The notes: generated by a model from the sequence alone, not told the origin. Shown: positions 10,005-20,077, numbered from the stretch's first letter. The stretch: DNA of 64,000 nucleotides from an uncultured virus (IMG/VR IMGVR_UViG_3300044491_001791) (IMGVR_UViG_3300044491_001791), one strand, 5' to 3'. Numbers and translations: made by a program.

Positions 10005-10598
10005 TTAAGCCGTTACAGACTTTTTCTTAGTAGGTACAAGTGCTTCTGCTTGACGTCTTAGTTCTGCCGCTTCTTTGCTTAATCTGTCTGCTTGTGAGCG
10101 ATACGATTTAGCAAGGTCTTCATCACTTAAAACATCATCTGAAGTAGTAGCAACAGTCTCGTTTGATGGAGTTGTAGTTGGTACTTCTTGTGCAGTTGCT
10201 ACTGGTTGAGAATCGTCTTTGATTGCAAGATCCTCAATTGATACACCTTTTTGCTCTGCGATGATTTTGTTTAGTTCATCTAATGCAATAGTTGTATTGT
10301 TATCAGGAGTCATAACAACTTCTGATGTAGGAACTTTAGTAAGTTTGCCTTGTGCATGAAAACGTGCTAACATTACACTACCGTCTGACAAACGTGTTCT
10401 TGCCATTGCTTCTGCTAACTCGTTTGCTGATTGTCCTGCAGGTGATTCAACCATCTGCATCATAATATCATGATCTGAATCAGTTAAGTTTTCAGTTGAT
10501 ACTACTAATGCACTATTCGCATCTCCTGGGATAGTTCTGTATGCTACAGCAACTTTTCTTTTATTAGATTTTAGTCTACCAATGTGTTTAATAGCCAT
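10005..10598 (-). CDS. Hypothetical phage protein
   Basis: 197-aa ORF with C-terminal coiled coil; TAATG coupling. Confidence 0.75.
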   Translation of the reverse strand: MAIKHIGRLKSNKRKVAVAYRTIPGDANSALVVSTENLTDSDHDIMMQMVESPAGQSANELAEAMARTRLSDGSVMLARFHAQGKLTKVPTSEVVMTPDNNTTIALDELNKIIAEQKGVSIEDLAIKDDSQPVATAQEVPTTTPSNETVATTSDDVLSDEDLAKSYRSQADRLSKEAAELRRQAEALVPTKKKSVTA

Positions 10599-10927
10599 TA
10601 TTTTGTCTCCGGTGTAGGCTCGCCTGTTAATGCCGCTGAAGCGTCAGCACCACTTACAGGAGCCGAAGCAGGAGCAGTTGTTTCTGCTTCTTTTGCTTTT
10701 GCGGCATCCGCCTGTTGTTTTTGTACCTGCTGTAAAAAGGTATCTAACTTATTATAAGTTGTACCTACAGCGGCCAATTCGTTTGCTTTAAATGCGCCAC
10801 GTTGAGTAGCAACATCGATAACAGTTCTTAGTGTGTTTAGATCTTGAACTGTTAGTTCAACTGATCCGCCCATTGCAGGTGCTTGACCTGGAGCAGGAGC
10901 AGTCGGGGTTGTATTGTTATCAGACAT
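10598..10927 (-). CDS. Hypothetical phage protein
   Basis: AAGGAG SD; LTVQDL..IDVATQRGAF core. Confidence 0.75.
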   Translation of the reverse strand: MSDNNTTPTAPAPGQAPAMGGSVELTVQDLNTLRTVIDVATQRGAFKANELAAVGTTYNKLDTFLQQVQKQQADAAKAKEAETTAPASAPVSGADASAALTGEPTPETK

Positions 10928-10971
10928 ATGTCATTCTCCTTATTAAATTAGTTATATGCATACTTAATTAC

Positions 10972-11247
10972 TTATTTGTATTTTAAAAGTGGACACGCCA
11001 AAGCGAAATATGAAAGTTCTTTTGGATTCTCAAATCCAATTTTAACTTTGTTTTGGACAGTGTTATTAGCATCAAGACTAACAATCCTACCAATAAAATA
11101 TCTGCTTTTACAGTTATTTTCAACCCACGTAATAATCGCTTTATCCAAATTGTATCCTTGAGATAATTCCATATACTCTAAGTGTGGACTTGGATATTCT
11201 AATCTACGTATGTTAAAAAAATTAAGCGGATTTGGTTTCATTTTCAT
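10972..11247 (-). CDS. Hypothetical protein
   Basis: Overlaps the vWA gene end, co-oriented. Confidence 0.65.
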   Translation of the reverse strand: MKMKPNPLNFFNIRRLEYPSPHLEYMELSQGYNLDKAIITWVENNCKSRYFIGRIVSLDANNTVQNKVKIGFENPKELSYFALACPLLKYK

Positions 11248-12496
11248 AGTGTGTTGTTATCCCAAATGGTGCTTCAAGTGACTTATTATGATTACTATGA
11301 ATTACAAATACTGTATCGCAATAGTCAGCATCGCCCCAACTATCCCAAGTATAACCGTCTGTAAACATGATAAACTTCTTAGGAACAATGTCATTGTCCT
11401 TCATGTACTTCCAGTTACACATAAAGTCAGTACCGCCACCACCTGTTACTTCGTAAGTAGTTAAGTCGTCGTTTGCGGCATCGAAATCTGCTTCGTTGTA
11501 AACTTCTGTATCAAAACACCATAATTTAATTTTATAATCTTGATACTGATCCATAATACCTTGTACTTCTGAAAGAAACACTTGTGCCTGTTCGTTTCCA
11601 ATCGAACCCGACATATCAATTGCAATACAAATATCAATTGTTTCTTCAAAGTTCATACCTGGAAGAATAGCACCAGTGTGCCAACCTTTACGTGAAGGAC
11701 GACTAAATGTAAAGTCATTCTTGATAGTACTTTGGATTTGTTGTTGAAGCAGTTGTCTCCAATCCATTTTAGGTTCAGTCAACTCTTTGATCATACGTTG
11801 TATCTCTGCAGGCAAGTTGCCAGCACCAGTTGACTGTGCAGATGAAATCATAGATTCTTTAATTTCATCACGTATCTTACGTAATTCGTCTTTAGAATAA
11901 CTTGGCTTATCACCAGCATTCTTTTTGTTATCATTTTTACCAGGACCATTACCTTGTGAGTCTTTGTCCCAGTCAATATGCTCATCAAGAAGTTTACCTA
12001 ATTGTTTAAGTTCTTCTTCGTCATACTTAGAATAAATTTCGTCATATACTGCTTCTGAAGTCCAGCCGTCATATTTAAAGTCTTGAAAGATTGGAATATC
12101 TTTTGGTTTGTCACCAATCTTATCACGTACAAGAATATTGTTTACAATATAATCAGCGGCAATGTTATGAACCTGCGGATCACGTTTTTCTCTACGACTC
12201 ATATGATCGTAAACACAATGTAGGATCTCGTGTGCAATTACAAACTCAATTTCTTTGTTTGTCATATTAGCAAAGAACGGAACACTATAAAACAAATGAC
12301 GACCGTCTGTAGCGGCAGTAGGACACCAGTCACTTGCTTCTTGAACTTTAAGTCGTGTTGCCATATTACCGAAAAACGGATGACGCATTAAAAGACCAAC
12401 ACGAGCGACAATAATCTTGTCTAATACTTCTCTACGAAGATCGTCTGTAACTTCTATTTCTGGGGTTTCAACTGCTTCTGTTGTTGCTACTGTCAT
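11222..12496 (-). CDS. Metallopeptidase (HExxH) + vWA domain protein
   Basis: TAATDG, HEILH, DMSGS MIDAS, GGGTDF, FTDG. Confidence 0.9.
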   Translation of the reverse strand: MTVATTEAVETPEIEVTDDLRREVLDKIIVARVGLLMRHPFFGNMATRLKVQEASDWCPTAATDGRHLFYSVPFFANMTNKEIEFVIAHEILHCVYDHMSRREKRDPQVHNIAADYIVNNILVRDKIGDKPKDIPIFQDFKYDGWTSEAVYDEIYSKYDEEELKQLGKLLDEHIDWDKDSQGNGPGKNDNKKNAGDKPSYSKDELRKIRDEIKESMISSAQSTGAGNLPAEIQRMIKELTEPKMDWRQLLQQQIQSTIKNDFTFSRPSRKGWHTGAILPGMNFEETIDICIAIDMSGSIGNEQAQVFLSEVQGIMDQYQDYKIKLWCFDTEVYNEADFDAANDDLTTYEVTGGGGTDFMCNWKYMKDNDIVPKKFIMFTDGYTWDSWGDADYCDTVFVIHSNHNKSLEAPFGITTHYENETKSA

Positions 12497-12529
12497 TGTT
12501 AGTGCCTATTCCTTATTGTTTATACTTAC

Positions 12530-12558
12530 AGTATACATTATTTAATATGTTTTGTCAA
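12530..12558 (-). promoter_or_regulatory. Sigma70-type promoter
   Basis: TTGACA-17-TATACT. Confidence 0.8.
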
Positions 12559-12560
12559 CC

Positions 12561-12598
12561 AAAAAAGATTGGGTGGGACACCAAAATGCCCCACCCAA
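12561..12598 (-). terminator. Rho-independent terminator after the MoxR ATPase
   Basis: TTGGGTGGG...CCCACCCAA stem followed by TCTTTTTT on the minus strand. Confidence 0.8.
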
Positions 12599-12602
12599 AA
12601 TG

Positions 12603-13688
12603 TTATGATGCCTGTGCGGCAGTAACATATTTCCCGTAACGTTCATGGAATTCATCAAAACACTCAACTTCGTCTGGATCAATCGGAAGTTCGTATTGTG
12701 TAAGAGCAAGTTTAATGCCCATTACAACTAACTCAGTGTCAAAATTATCCATTGCAAAACGTAGGAAGTTGTTTACTTTCGTATCAAACTTCTTGTCGTT
12801 TTTATCACAGGATTCTTTAAGTTCATAGCAGAGTGAGACTGTCAAGGAATACATGGCACTGATTTCTTTAGTCTTTAACTCTTTTACCTTACCATCTAAA
12901 ATTTCCGAAGGATTCGGAAGTTGTGATGCCATCTTTCGATGAGCCATGAACTTCACAGCAAGGCCTTCGCCTACTGCACCACTAACCAAATCGGTAGTGG
13001 TATTCTCGTCATCGTCGTCTTCGAGTAACTCGGAAACAAATGACCAAGAACGAGGTGTTGCAAAAGAACGACTTGGTGACTTAGGATCAAAGTCATATAA
13101 ATCTTTCTTTGCAAATGTCAAGTAACCAACAACATCGGTGTGGATTTTGTTTTCAGTTGCCCAAGCAAACCAATCGTCAAAATCAACTTTAAGTTCTAAG
13201 TGAACAAAACGGTTAGCCAACGGAGCAGGCATTCTATAAGTAACACCTTTGTCAGCATCTCTGTTACCAGCCGCAACAATTAGTACGTTGTCTGGCAATA
13301 CATATTGACCAACCTTACGGTTAAGGATCAACTGATATGCCGCGGCTTGTACAGCCGGCGCCGCAGAATTCATTTCATCAAGAAACAAAATAATTTTTTT
13401 ATGTTTCTTAGCCATTGCCTGTGTAGGCAATTCTTGTGGCGGTGCCCATTTCATTGTGTTATCATTTGCCGCATAATACGGAATACCTTTAATGTCTGTA
13501 GGTTCCCATAGTGACAAACGAACATCAATTACAAGTGCGTCTAACTGTTCACCGATCTGGTGAATAATGTCTGACTTACCAATACCTGGTGCACCCCAAA
13601 TAAAGATAGGTCGTTGTTTGTTGAATGCTCGAAGAATACTCTTCTTTGCGTTGTTTGGACTAATAGTCCGGCTTGCGATATTTTCCAT
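12603..13688 (-). CDS. MoxR-like AAA+ ATPase
   Basis: GAPGIGKS, LFLDEMN, AAGNR, LANRF; start MENIAS after AAGGAG. Confidence 0.9.
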   Translation of the reverse strand: MENIASRTISPNNAKKSILRAFNKQRPIFIWGAPGIGKSDIIHQIGEQLDALVIDVRLSLWEPTDIKGIPYYAANDNTMKWAPPQELPTQAMAKKHKKIILFLDEMNSAAPAVQAAAYQLILNRKVGQYVLPDNVLIVAAGNRDADKGVTYRMPAPLANRFVHLELKVDFDDWFAWATENKIHTDVVGYLTFAKKDLYDFDPKSPSRSFATPRSWSFVSELLEDDDDENTTTDLVSGAVGEGLAVKFMAHRKMASQLPNPSEILDGKVKELKTKEISAMYSLTVSLCYELKESCDKNDKKFDTKVNNFLRFAMDNFDTELVVMGIKLALTQYELPIDPDEVECFDEFHERYGKYVTAAQAS

Positions 13689-13738
13689 GTTGTACTCCTT
13701 GTGTTTCAGTGCCATACTTAATTTCTAAGTATGTATAT

Positions 13739-13767
13739 ATAATACACTCACAGTACCAAAAGGTCAA
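13739..13767 (-). promoter_or_regulatory. Sigma70-type promoter
   Basis: TTGACC-17-TATTAT. Confidence 0.65.
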
Positions 13768-13819
13768 GTGTTTTTTTAAAGTTTTTTTATATTTTGGTTA
13801 GATTAAAAAGCCAGTAAAA

Positions 13820-14215
13820 TCAAGAGGTTAATTCTTCGTCGGCTCTTTTTAGTGCTTTAGTTAGACCATATTTTTTAACATCTCCACTAAAAAGATGTAG
13901 TTCGAGTGCTTTCTTTTCGTCAAATACTATAATCATATTCCTTGTTAGATAATACGGACAAGTAATAAACCTGTCTAACCAAATTACAGTATTGGTTGTA
14001 AGTTCAAAATCTGGTGGAAACGGAACTTCGTATGATTGAATACTAATTTTTTCTGTGAGAAATAGATAACCAGCATCAGTTAAACGTAAGCCTCCAGTAT
14101 CTTTTACTCTTGTATTTTGCCACCACGCTGGCATATACTGTTTTATTGTTGCTTCTGTTATACTAATGTTTGCTTGTTTAAGGAAAATTTTTGTGTAGGT
14201 TTCTTTCCAGTTCAC
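13820..14215 (-). CDS. Hypothetical phage protein
   Basis: WWQN..GGLRLT motif; coupled ORF. Confidence 0.7.
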   Translation of the reverse strand: MNWKETYTKIFLKQANISITEATIKQYMPAWWQNTRVKDTGGLRLTDAGYLFLTEKISIQSYEVPFPPDFELTTNTVIWLDRFITCPYYLTRNMIIVFDEKKALELHLFSGDVKKYGLTKALKRADEELTS

Positions 14216-14640
14216 TTTACTTTGCCTTCGCGTAACAGTTTTTCTCTGTTAGCCATATGCTTCATTTGTATTTCTTCTTTACTTCCGCCAAAGTATGCTA
14301 CTGCATGACCTTCAGCCACCATCATGTCTGTAAGTCTTTCATCGTCAAACAAGAAGTCTCCTAAGATTCTTCCAAATTTGCCTTTTTTATCTTCACCTGA
14401 TCTATCTATTTCAGTTTTTAAGATCTGCACACTTCCAACTGGCATTTTACTTTTTACAAAGTCTTTTGCCGCTAATCCAAATTTCTTTTCTTCTTTGTCT
14501 CGTGTTCTTGATTCTGGAGTATCAATCCCCATCATGCGAACTCTTTCTTTTTTAAGCCAAACTCCAAAACCTAAATCAATATCAATATCTACAGTGTCGC
14601 CGTCGACTACTCGTAAAATCTTACACTTATATTCGTACAT
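14212..14640 (-). CDS. Thermonuclease (SNase-like)
   Basis: VVDGDT, RMMGIDTPE, GKFGRILG. Confidence 0.9.
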   Translation of the reverse strand: MYEYKCKILRVVDGDTVDIDIDLGFGVWLKKERVRMMGIDTPESRTRDKEEKKFGLAAKDFVKSKMPVGSVQILKTEIDRSGEDKKGKFGRILGDFLFDDERLTDMMVAEGHAVAYFGGSKEEIQMKHMANREKLLREGKVK

Positions 14641-14643
14641 TGC

Positions 14644-14934
14644 TTATCCCTCTATGACTACGTCGCCCTTGTCTAATTTAACTACATTGAATTCAGTTGT
14701 ATTGAATAATGCGTTTAATTTTTTAGCAAGATTGTGTGCGTGTCCTGGATTAGAAAAAGAAACTTTCTTATACTTAGGTCCAGGAAAACTTGATAGTGAA
14801 TTTTGAGTTTTTAAATTAAATGGCTTACCTTGATAGAATACTGCCCATATAGCCTCTGCCGCAAGGATTTGGTCAGACTTATATGTCTTTTTATCTATGT
14901 ATTCTAACAGTACTTTAGGTTTAGGTCTGCTCAT
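14644..14934 (-). CDS. Conserved-looking hypothetical phage protein (MSRPKP...)
   Basis: TAAATA and GAGG upstream; KYKKVSFSNPGHA. Confidence 0.75.
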   Translation of the reverse strand: MSRPKPKVLLEYIDKKTYKSDQILAAEAIWAVFYQGKPFNLKTQNSLSSFPGPKYKKVSFSNPGHAHNLAKKLNALFNTTEFNVVKLDKGDVVIEG

Positions 14935-14974
14935 ATATACGTGTCCTCATAATAAACTACGTATATATTTATCT

Positions 14975-15592
14975 CTACTTCTCGGTAATTGTAATATTAA
15001 AAGCAGTTGTTATTCGTGGTTCTGCACTGTGTTGTACAGGAATACTATGGTTTAAATACGGTGCAAAAAAGATCATATCACCTTCTTCTACATCTACTTG
15101 CATTACTTCTTTAGGGTATTTTGCAGGCAGTTTATCTGCAATAGGTGTAGGTTGAGTGCTTCTTATACCGTCTGCAGAGGGGTTATAGAATATAGTTGGT
15201 GCGTGTAGTTTAGGATCATACTTAACATAGTGTACTGCACATACCTGTATTGTGCGAGGACTTGACAAGTGATTATGTATTTCACCCCACCCGCCTTTAC
15301 CTGTTATATTATACCAAGCATCAACACCTATGTTCCAGTCGTTTTTATCTGTGTCGTAACCGTAAAAACTAATAAATTTGTTTAAGGTTTGTTCGTATTT
15401 AGGTAGAATATCTTCCCAGTCTACTGCAATAGCATTTGGAAAATAGTCGCTGTATACATTGCAAAAGTCGCAGTTAGGACCTTTGTTAATAAATTCTTTT
15501 TCTATGTTTGCAGTAAAGAATGTTTTAATTTGATCGTGGGTATCAACTTTTGCTTTAAAGATATCAGTTTGAAACAAAGTTTGTATTTGCAT
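14975..15592 (-). CDS. Putative 2OG-Fe(II) oxygenase
   Basis: AWYN..HNH...EGDMIFF..LNHS..RITTAFN. Confidence 0.8.
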   Translation of the reverse strand: MQIQTLFQTDIFKAKVDTHDQIKTFFTANIEKEFINKGPNCDFCNVYSDYFPNAIAVDWEDILPKYEQTLNKFISFYGYDTDKNDWNIGVDAWYNITGKGGWGEIHNHLSSPRTIQVCAVHYVKYDPKLHAPTIFYNPSADGIRSTQPTPIADKLPAKYPKEVMQVDVEEGDMIFFAPYLNHSIPVQHSAEPRITTAFNITITEK

Positions 15593-15840
15593 TAATCTTC
15601 TTTAAAACCGCCACCGTCCATTTCGACGTTGATTACTTCTTGTTCTGCCTTTACAGCATTATCTCGTACAAACTTTTCTAAGTCTCCGTGCAGTCTTGCA
15701 CTTACTTGACCTAATGTTAAAGCAAGACTTCTTGCTTGTTGAATAGTAAGTTTAACTTCTTTTGCTTGAGATGAATCAGCAGATTTTACCTGCTGAATAA
15801 ATGTTTCAATTGGTGATGTATTAATCGGCTCTTTTGTCAT
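15592..15840 (-). CDS. Hypothetical protein
   Basis: Coupled ORF ending MDGGGF. Confidence 0.7.
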   Translation of the reverse strand: MTKEPINTSPIETFIQQVKSADSSQAKEVKLTIQQARSLALTLGQVSARLHGDLEKFVRDNAVKAEQEVINVEMDGGGFKED

Positions 15841-16306
15841 CTGCGTTTGCCTTGCTAAGTTCTTGGCGCATGGTTAATTCATCTTTAAAAGGTCCTTTAG
15901 AAGTATAACCTTCAATAGTAACAAGTTTAGGACAAAAACTTCTTACCCAACCTTTTTCAAATCTAATAATGTAATAACCTGCACAGTATAAACTTTTTGA
16001 TTTTTTTGATTTTGTAAACAACGGTAGTTTACGTTTAACATCATACATTGAATTATGTGGTACACAAGATGTTCTAAAACCGTGAACTTCTTTGTCTGCC
16101 TTTACAACTTCAGCATCTTTGATGCCCCATTCAATGTCAACATCTCTTGTTAGTTGTTTTTCATTTTCGTAAAATTTTGTATGTGTGTTACAACAGTACA
16201 TAAAGGATTTGTCTTCCTGTTTAGAAAGCGTACCAATTCTTTCTCCGTCTTCTTCAACAATCCAAAACTTACCTGCCACAATTGGATTTGCTTTTAAATT
16301 TGTCAT
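15821..16306 (-). CDS. Hypothetical phage protein
   Basis: GGAGG SD; LPLFTKS..S.YCAGYY...FCPK. Confidence 0.75.
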   Translation of the reverse strand: MTNLKANPIVAGKFWIVEEDGERIGTLSKQEDKSFMYCCNTHTKFYENEKQLTRDVDIEWGIKDAEVVKADKEVHGFRTSCVPHNSMYDVKRKLPLFTKSKKSKSLYCAGYYIIRFEKGWVRSFCPKLVTIEGYTSKGPFKDELTMRQELSKANADDKRAD

Positions 16307-16849
16307 CTATACACCTCCTAAGTATTCTTTTAAATTTTTATCGTCTACCATAATTACCTTTGCATCTTTGTTAGCGGCAATTGCCGCATACAATCTTGTT
16401 CTGCCGTCAATAACATATTGACCATTGTTTAGTTTTACAACTAATACAGGTCTACAACTTCCTGTTTCGACTGCTTCAATAATAGTCTCTAAAGAAAATT
16501 CTCTTTCGCGAAAATCACGTTTATCACGATCAAGCATTTCTTTAATATAGGTTTCTTTGTAGCCTTCTTGACCTTTTATTGCTTCTATAGTCTGAAGTGT
16601 GTATAAATCTTCAGGCATATTTGCTAAGTTATTTAACTTCACAATTTCGCCAACTGACATATTTTGGACAGGTAAATCTGCAAGAAACTTGCCAATTTGT
16701 TTAGCAACATCTTCTCTATACCACTCATCTGATGGTATAGGTCTACCTAAATTTATTGGTAAAGAATGTACAAATTCTTTTACTTCTTCTGCTGGACACT
16801 CTATCAGTTCGTAAGCATCTAAGTAATTTTCGTCCATTAATTCGTTCAT
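16307..16849 (-). CDS. ParB/Srx-like N-terminal domain protein
   Basis: PVLVV...YVIDGRTRLYAA. Confidence 0.65.
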   Translation of the reverse strand: MNELMDENYLDAYELIECPAEEVKEFVHSLPINLGRPIPSDEWYREDVAKQIGKFLADLPVQNMSVGEIVKLNNLANMPEDLYTLQTIEAIKGQEGYKETYIKEMLDRDKRDFREREFSLETIIEAVETGSCRPVLVVKLNNGQYVIDGRTRLYAAIAANKDAKVIMVDDKNLKEYLGGV

Positions 16850-17832
16850 GCTGACACGTACCTTGCATTCAACGGTTCGCTGTAACTTTGTACTTGTTCA
16901 CTAATTCTATTAAGTTCGTGTTTAGCACAGAACTTCATAAGTTTTACACCAACTTGTGCAACTTCTTTAGGTTTGCTATTATCTGCAATAACCTGTGCTA
17001 ATATTTGTTTAATCTCATCTGGCTGTGCAGTTAAATCACAAAGTGTTACATTACGTTGATAGTCTTCAAGTACTCTATGTTCTTTGCCGTCATGATCAAC
17101 CCAACGTTGTAACATTAAGTTGTTCCAGTTATAGCCTTTAGATTCTTTGTCTTCAAATGCTTCCATTAAGCCTACTTTACTTTTTGTGCCTTTTACTCGA
17201 ACACCTGGATATGCACTAAACACATTATCACTTGTGTCACCACGCATACACTTTTCAAACAATAACCATTGTGGGTTTGGAGCACCCTTAGGCTGTTTAG
17301 TTTTTTTATCAATTACAGGATTACCTTTTTTATCAAAGTAACCTTCATGAGTAATTGTTACATCTTGTACACCATTGTACTGCTTTACATTGGGAGCAAT
17401 TAATTGTGCAAAGTCTCCGTCAGTTGAAATAACAACATGATTGTCATTAGGGTGAGATTGTATCCAACCTGCAATCAAATCATCTGCTTCGAGTTCAGGA
17501 TGTTGTAAAACAGTACAATTAGTTTTGTTTGTAACAAAGTCTTTAAACTCGTCAAACATTTCCCAGAATACTTCTTCTTCCTCTTGCTGACTTGCAGTTA
17601 GTGCCGCACGAGCATCACTTCTATTTCTTTTGTAAGGCTCATAGTAATCTTTACGCCAACTACGTCCTTCAAGACAAAATATAACATGACTGCCATCAAA
17701 GTCTTGCCATGCTTTTCTAATACCGTTCAAGGTAATATGAAAAGCCATACCAACTTTATCTGTAAGGTTACCTCGTACTACGTGTCTTGCACGAAAGAAA
17801 GTGTTAGCAGTGTCAACAAGTATGTATGTCAT
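16846..17832 (-). CDS. rnh: 5'-3' exonuclease / T4 RNase H-like
   Basis: ILVD, YKRNR, EADDLIA, STDGD, GDTSDNV. Confidence 0.85.
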   Translation of the reverse strand: MTYILVDTANTFFRARHVVRGNLTDKVGMAFHITLNGIRKAWQDFDGSHVIFCLEGRSWRKDYYEPYKRNRSDARAALTASQQEEEEVFWEMFDEFKDFVTNKTNCTVLQHPELEADDLIAGWIQSHPNDNHVVISTDGDFAQLIAPNVKQYNGVQDVTITHEGYFDKKGNPVIDKKTKQPKGAPNPQWLLFEKCMRGDTSDNVFSAYPGVRVKGTKSKVGLMEAFEDKESKGYNWNNLMLQRWVDHDGKEHRVLEDYQRNVTLCDLTAQPDEIKQILAQVIADNSKPKEVAQVGVKLMKFCAKHELNRISEQVQSYSEPLNARYVSA

Positions 17833-17871
17833 AATGTACTATAATCCTTAAAAACTTTCATTTATAGTATT

Positions 17872-17900
17872 ATTATACTACTTCTTATCAGTATTGTCAA
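17872..17900 (-). promoter_or_regulatory. Sigma70-type promoter
   Basis: TTGACA-17-TATAAT. Confidence 0.85.
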
Positions 17901-18591
17901 CCTGTTGTTTTGATTTTTCTTGGATTTCTGTCAATATATCTTTGTTTATAAAAGGAACAGCATTAAATTCTTCATGATCAAAACTGTTTGTAAGTCTCAA
18001 ATCAAATGCTACACTAACTCGAAGATCATCGCGTGTATGCGGTTCAACGTAGTGTGGTGTACAACTTGGAAATAATACGCAACCACCTTTTTTATTTGGT
18101 AGTGCAATTTTTGATTCAGGATCAAATGTTGAATGATATACAGTTCTTGTATGATAATCGTCAAAATGCATATTACCACTTAGATATGAATCTGGCTGAG
18201 CACCGTGTGCGTGTGAGTCCATGCCTTCGTCTTTACGTAACACATTTGCCCAACAAACAATTTGCAAGTCTTTTAATTCTAATTGTTGCTTCTGAACATA
18301 TTCAAGATACGAATATCTAAGAAACGTTAGTAACTCTTTAAATGAATCAAGGTCTTGATTAAGTAGATTGTACTTTCCAAAACGTGTAGTAATATGGTTA
18401 TCATCTAAACCAGTACCGCCCGAATTTGTATACGCATAATCTTTAAGAATTGTTTCTTCGTTATCAACAATCCATTTGTGAATAGAATCAACATGGGTTA
18501 AGTCAGTCCAGTTTGTTAACCAAAGAGGAATATTCCAACTTGGTGCAAACTCTGTTAATGGGTGATAACTCTTAATTCTTACTAACGACAT
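17878..18591 (-). CDS. Putative 2OG-Fe(II) oxygenase
   Basis: WANV..HAH...LFPS..PHYV..RVSVAFD. Confidence 0.8.
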   Translation of the reverse strand: MSLVRIKSYHPLTEFAPSWNIPLWLTNWTDLTHVDSIHKWIVDNEETILKDYAYTNSGGTGLDDNHITTRFGKYNLLNQDLDSFKELLTFLRYSYLEYVQKQQLELKDLQIVCWANVLRKDEGMDSHAHGAQPDSYLSGNMHFDDYHTRTVYHSTFDPESKIALPNKKGGCVLFPSCTPHYVEPHTRDDLRVSVAFDLRLTNSFDHEEFNAVPFINKDILTEIQEKSKQQVDNTDKK

Positions 18592-18959
18592 TACTTAACC
18601 TCCGCTTTTCCGTCACCTAAATTTTTTGTATTGATGTATCCTGCATTTCTTGTAGGGTCTTGGCCTTCTTCTGCAAGAACATTTCTTGCAAGATCCTTAA
18701 ACCACATATCAACGATTTCTTCGTTGCTTTCGCCTTTATATCCAGCATCAAGCAGTTGTTCAATAAATTCATTATTCCAATCAAGTTCAAAGAATCCATT
18801 TCTAATATTTTCTTTATTAACTTGTGTATCAAGAACACCAACCCAAGGTTTCTTAGCCTTAGTTGCCGCTTCTTTCTCTTTCATCATTAGGTCACGATGA
18901 GAAAGTTCTTTTGTTTCTTTTTCTTTCTTCTTAAACATATTTTTAAGTTTATCCATCAT
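18591..18959 (-). CDS. Hypothetical phage protein
   Basis: GFFELDWN motif; coupled ORF. Confidence 0.7.
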   Translation of the reverse strand: MMDKLKNMFKKKEKETKELSHRDLMMKEKEAATKAKKPWVGVLDTQVNKENIRNGFFELDWNNEFIEQLLDAGYKGESNEEIVDMWFKDLARNVLAEEGQDPTRNAGYINTKNLGDGKAEVK

Positions 18960-19007
18960 AGTCCAGCCTTTCTCGCCGCTTCATCTAAGCGATCTATTGT
19001 TTTTATT

Positions 19008-19892
19008 TTATGTTCCCCATGCGTTGCCGAAGATGTCGACGTGTAGTCTGGGGGTATAACGCCACCCTCGCTCCATTGCCAATCCTGCGACTCGTCGTGT
19101 GTTGAGTTTGTATTCTTCCGACCTACCACCGAGAGGCATAACATATACAGGGCAATCAATTCCTTCTTTGCGATATTCATTAACTGCTTTAGTAACTTCG
19201 TCCACATCTTGTTCATCAGCCACGACAAACTTGAAATACATATTACTACCAGGTACGTCGTAGTAACTACGAGCAATTTTAGGATTGATAGCATCATTCC
19301 AAGACTCTCCTGATACGGAAAGTTTCGGAGAGCAACTAAAAGTGATTTCGAATCTGTCTTGAGATCCGAGATAATCTCTGAAATCGTCTCTGAGAGATTG
19401 AGTTGTATTTGTTTCAAACGTAACATTTTTCAAGTCCTTCATCTTTGGGTGTTCGAACAAATCGATATAGAGTCGTTGCCATCCAAGCAACGGTTCGCCA
19501 CCGGTTAGTATAAAATGAACATCCTGTCCATTATCCATCGTCCATTTACCTTCAGGAGTCAAACTTAGAACATAGTCAACAACTTCGTCAACAGTATGAT
19601 CCTTCATGTATTTTTTAAACTCAGGATAGATACTTGCATATGTATCACAGCCTGTGTGAATAATAGGCAAGTCTTCAAACTTTGCAACTTTATCAGTTAT
19701 GCCCGAGTCTAATAATTCTTTAACTTCTGGGTTATACTTAACACCAGTTTCTCTCATTGGAGTACCTCTCGGCAATCCAAAATTCATACAACGAAAGTTA
19801 CAACCAAATGTACGTAAGAACACACTTGGTACTCCTACGAATCTACCTTCACCTTGTACACTATAAAATGCTTCTGAATATCTAAGTTTCAT
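19008..19892 (-). CDS. queE: 7-carboxy-7-deazaguanine synthase (radical SAM)
   Basis: FYSVQGEG, FLRTFGCNFRC...GCDT, TGGEP, ETN, SPK, RLH. Confidence 0.9.
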   Translation of the reverse strand: MKLRYSEAFYSVQGEGRFVGVPSVFLRTFGCNFRCMNFGLPRGTPMRETGVKYNPEVKELLDSGITDKVAKFEDLPIIHTGCDTYASIYPEFKKYMKDHTVDEVVDYVLSLTPEGKWTMDNGQDVHFILTGGEPLLGWQRLYIDLFEHPKMKDLKNVTFETNTTQSLRDDFRDYLGSQDRFEITFSCSPKLSVSGESWNDAINPKIARSYYDVPGSNMYFKFVVADEQDVDEVTKAVNEYRKEGIDCPVYVMPLGGRSEEYKLNTRRVAGLAMERGWRYTPRLHVDIFGNAWGT

Positions 19893-20077
19893 TATTTCAC
19901 CTGTACTAAAGGTTCGTTAATATACGAATCGTTATAGTCGCCGTTGTTTTTATACTGCCTAATAGTAGTATCTTTAACAAGCATACCATCTTTAACTGTG
20001 TAGGTAGTGTATTCTGCTTTGATTACACCTTCCTTGCTTCTTTCAATATGTGTTTTCATTGGTCCTTCATCTATCAT
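19892..20077 (-). CDS. Small hypothetical protein
   Basis: Coupled between folE and queE. Confidence 0.65.
   Translation of the reverse strand: MIDEGPMKTHIERSKEGVIKAEYTTYTVKDGMLVKDTTIRQYKNNGDYNDSYINEPLVQVK

Noticed and set aside
18956..19426. 156-aa ORF overlapping queE in another frame
   Set aside because: Almost wholly inside queE with no recognisable motif; a short real peptide at its 3' end cannot be excluded
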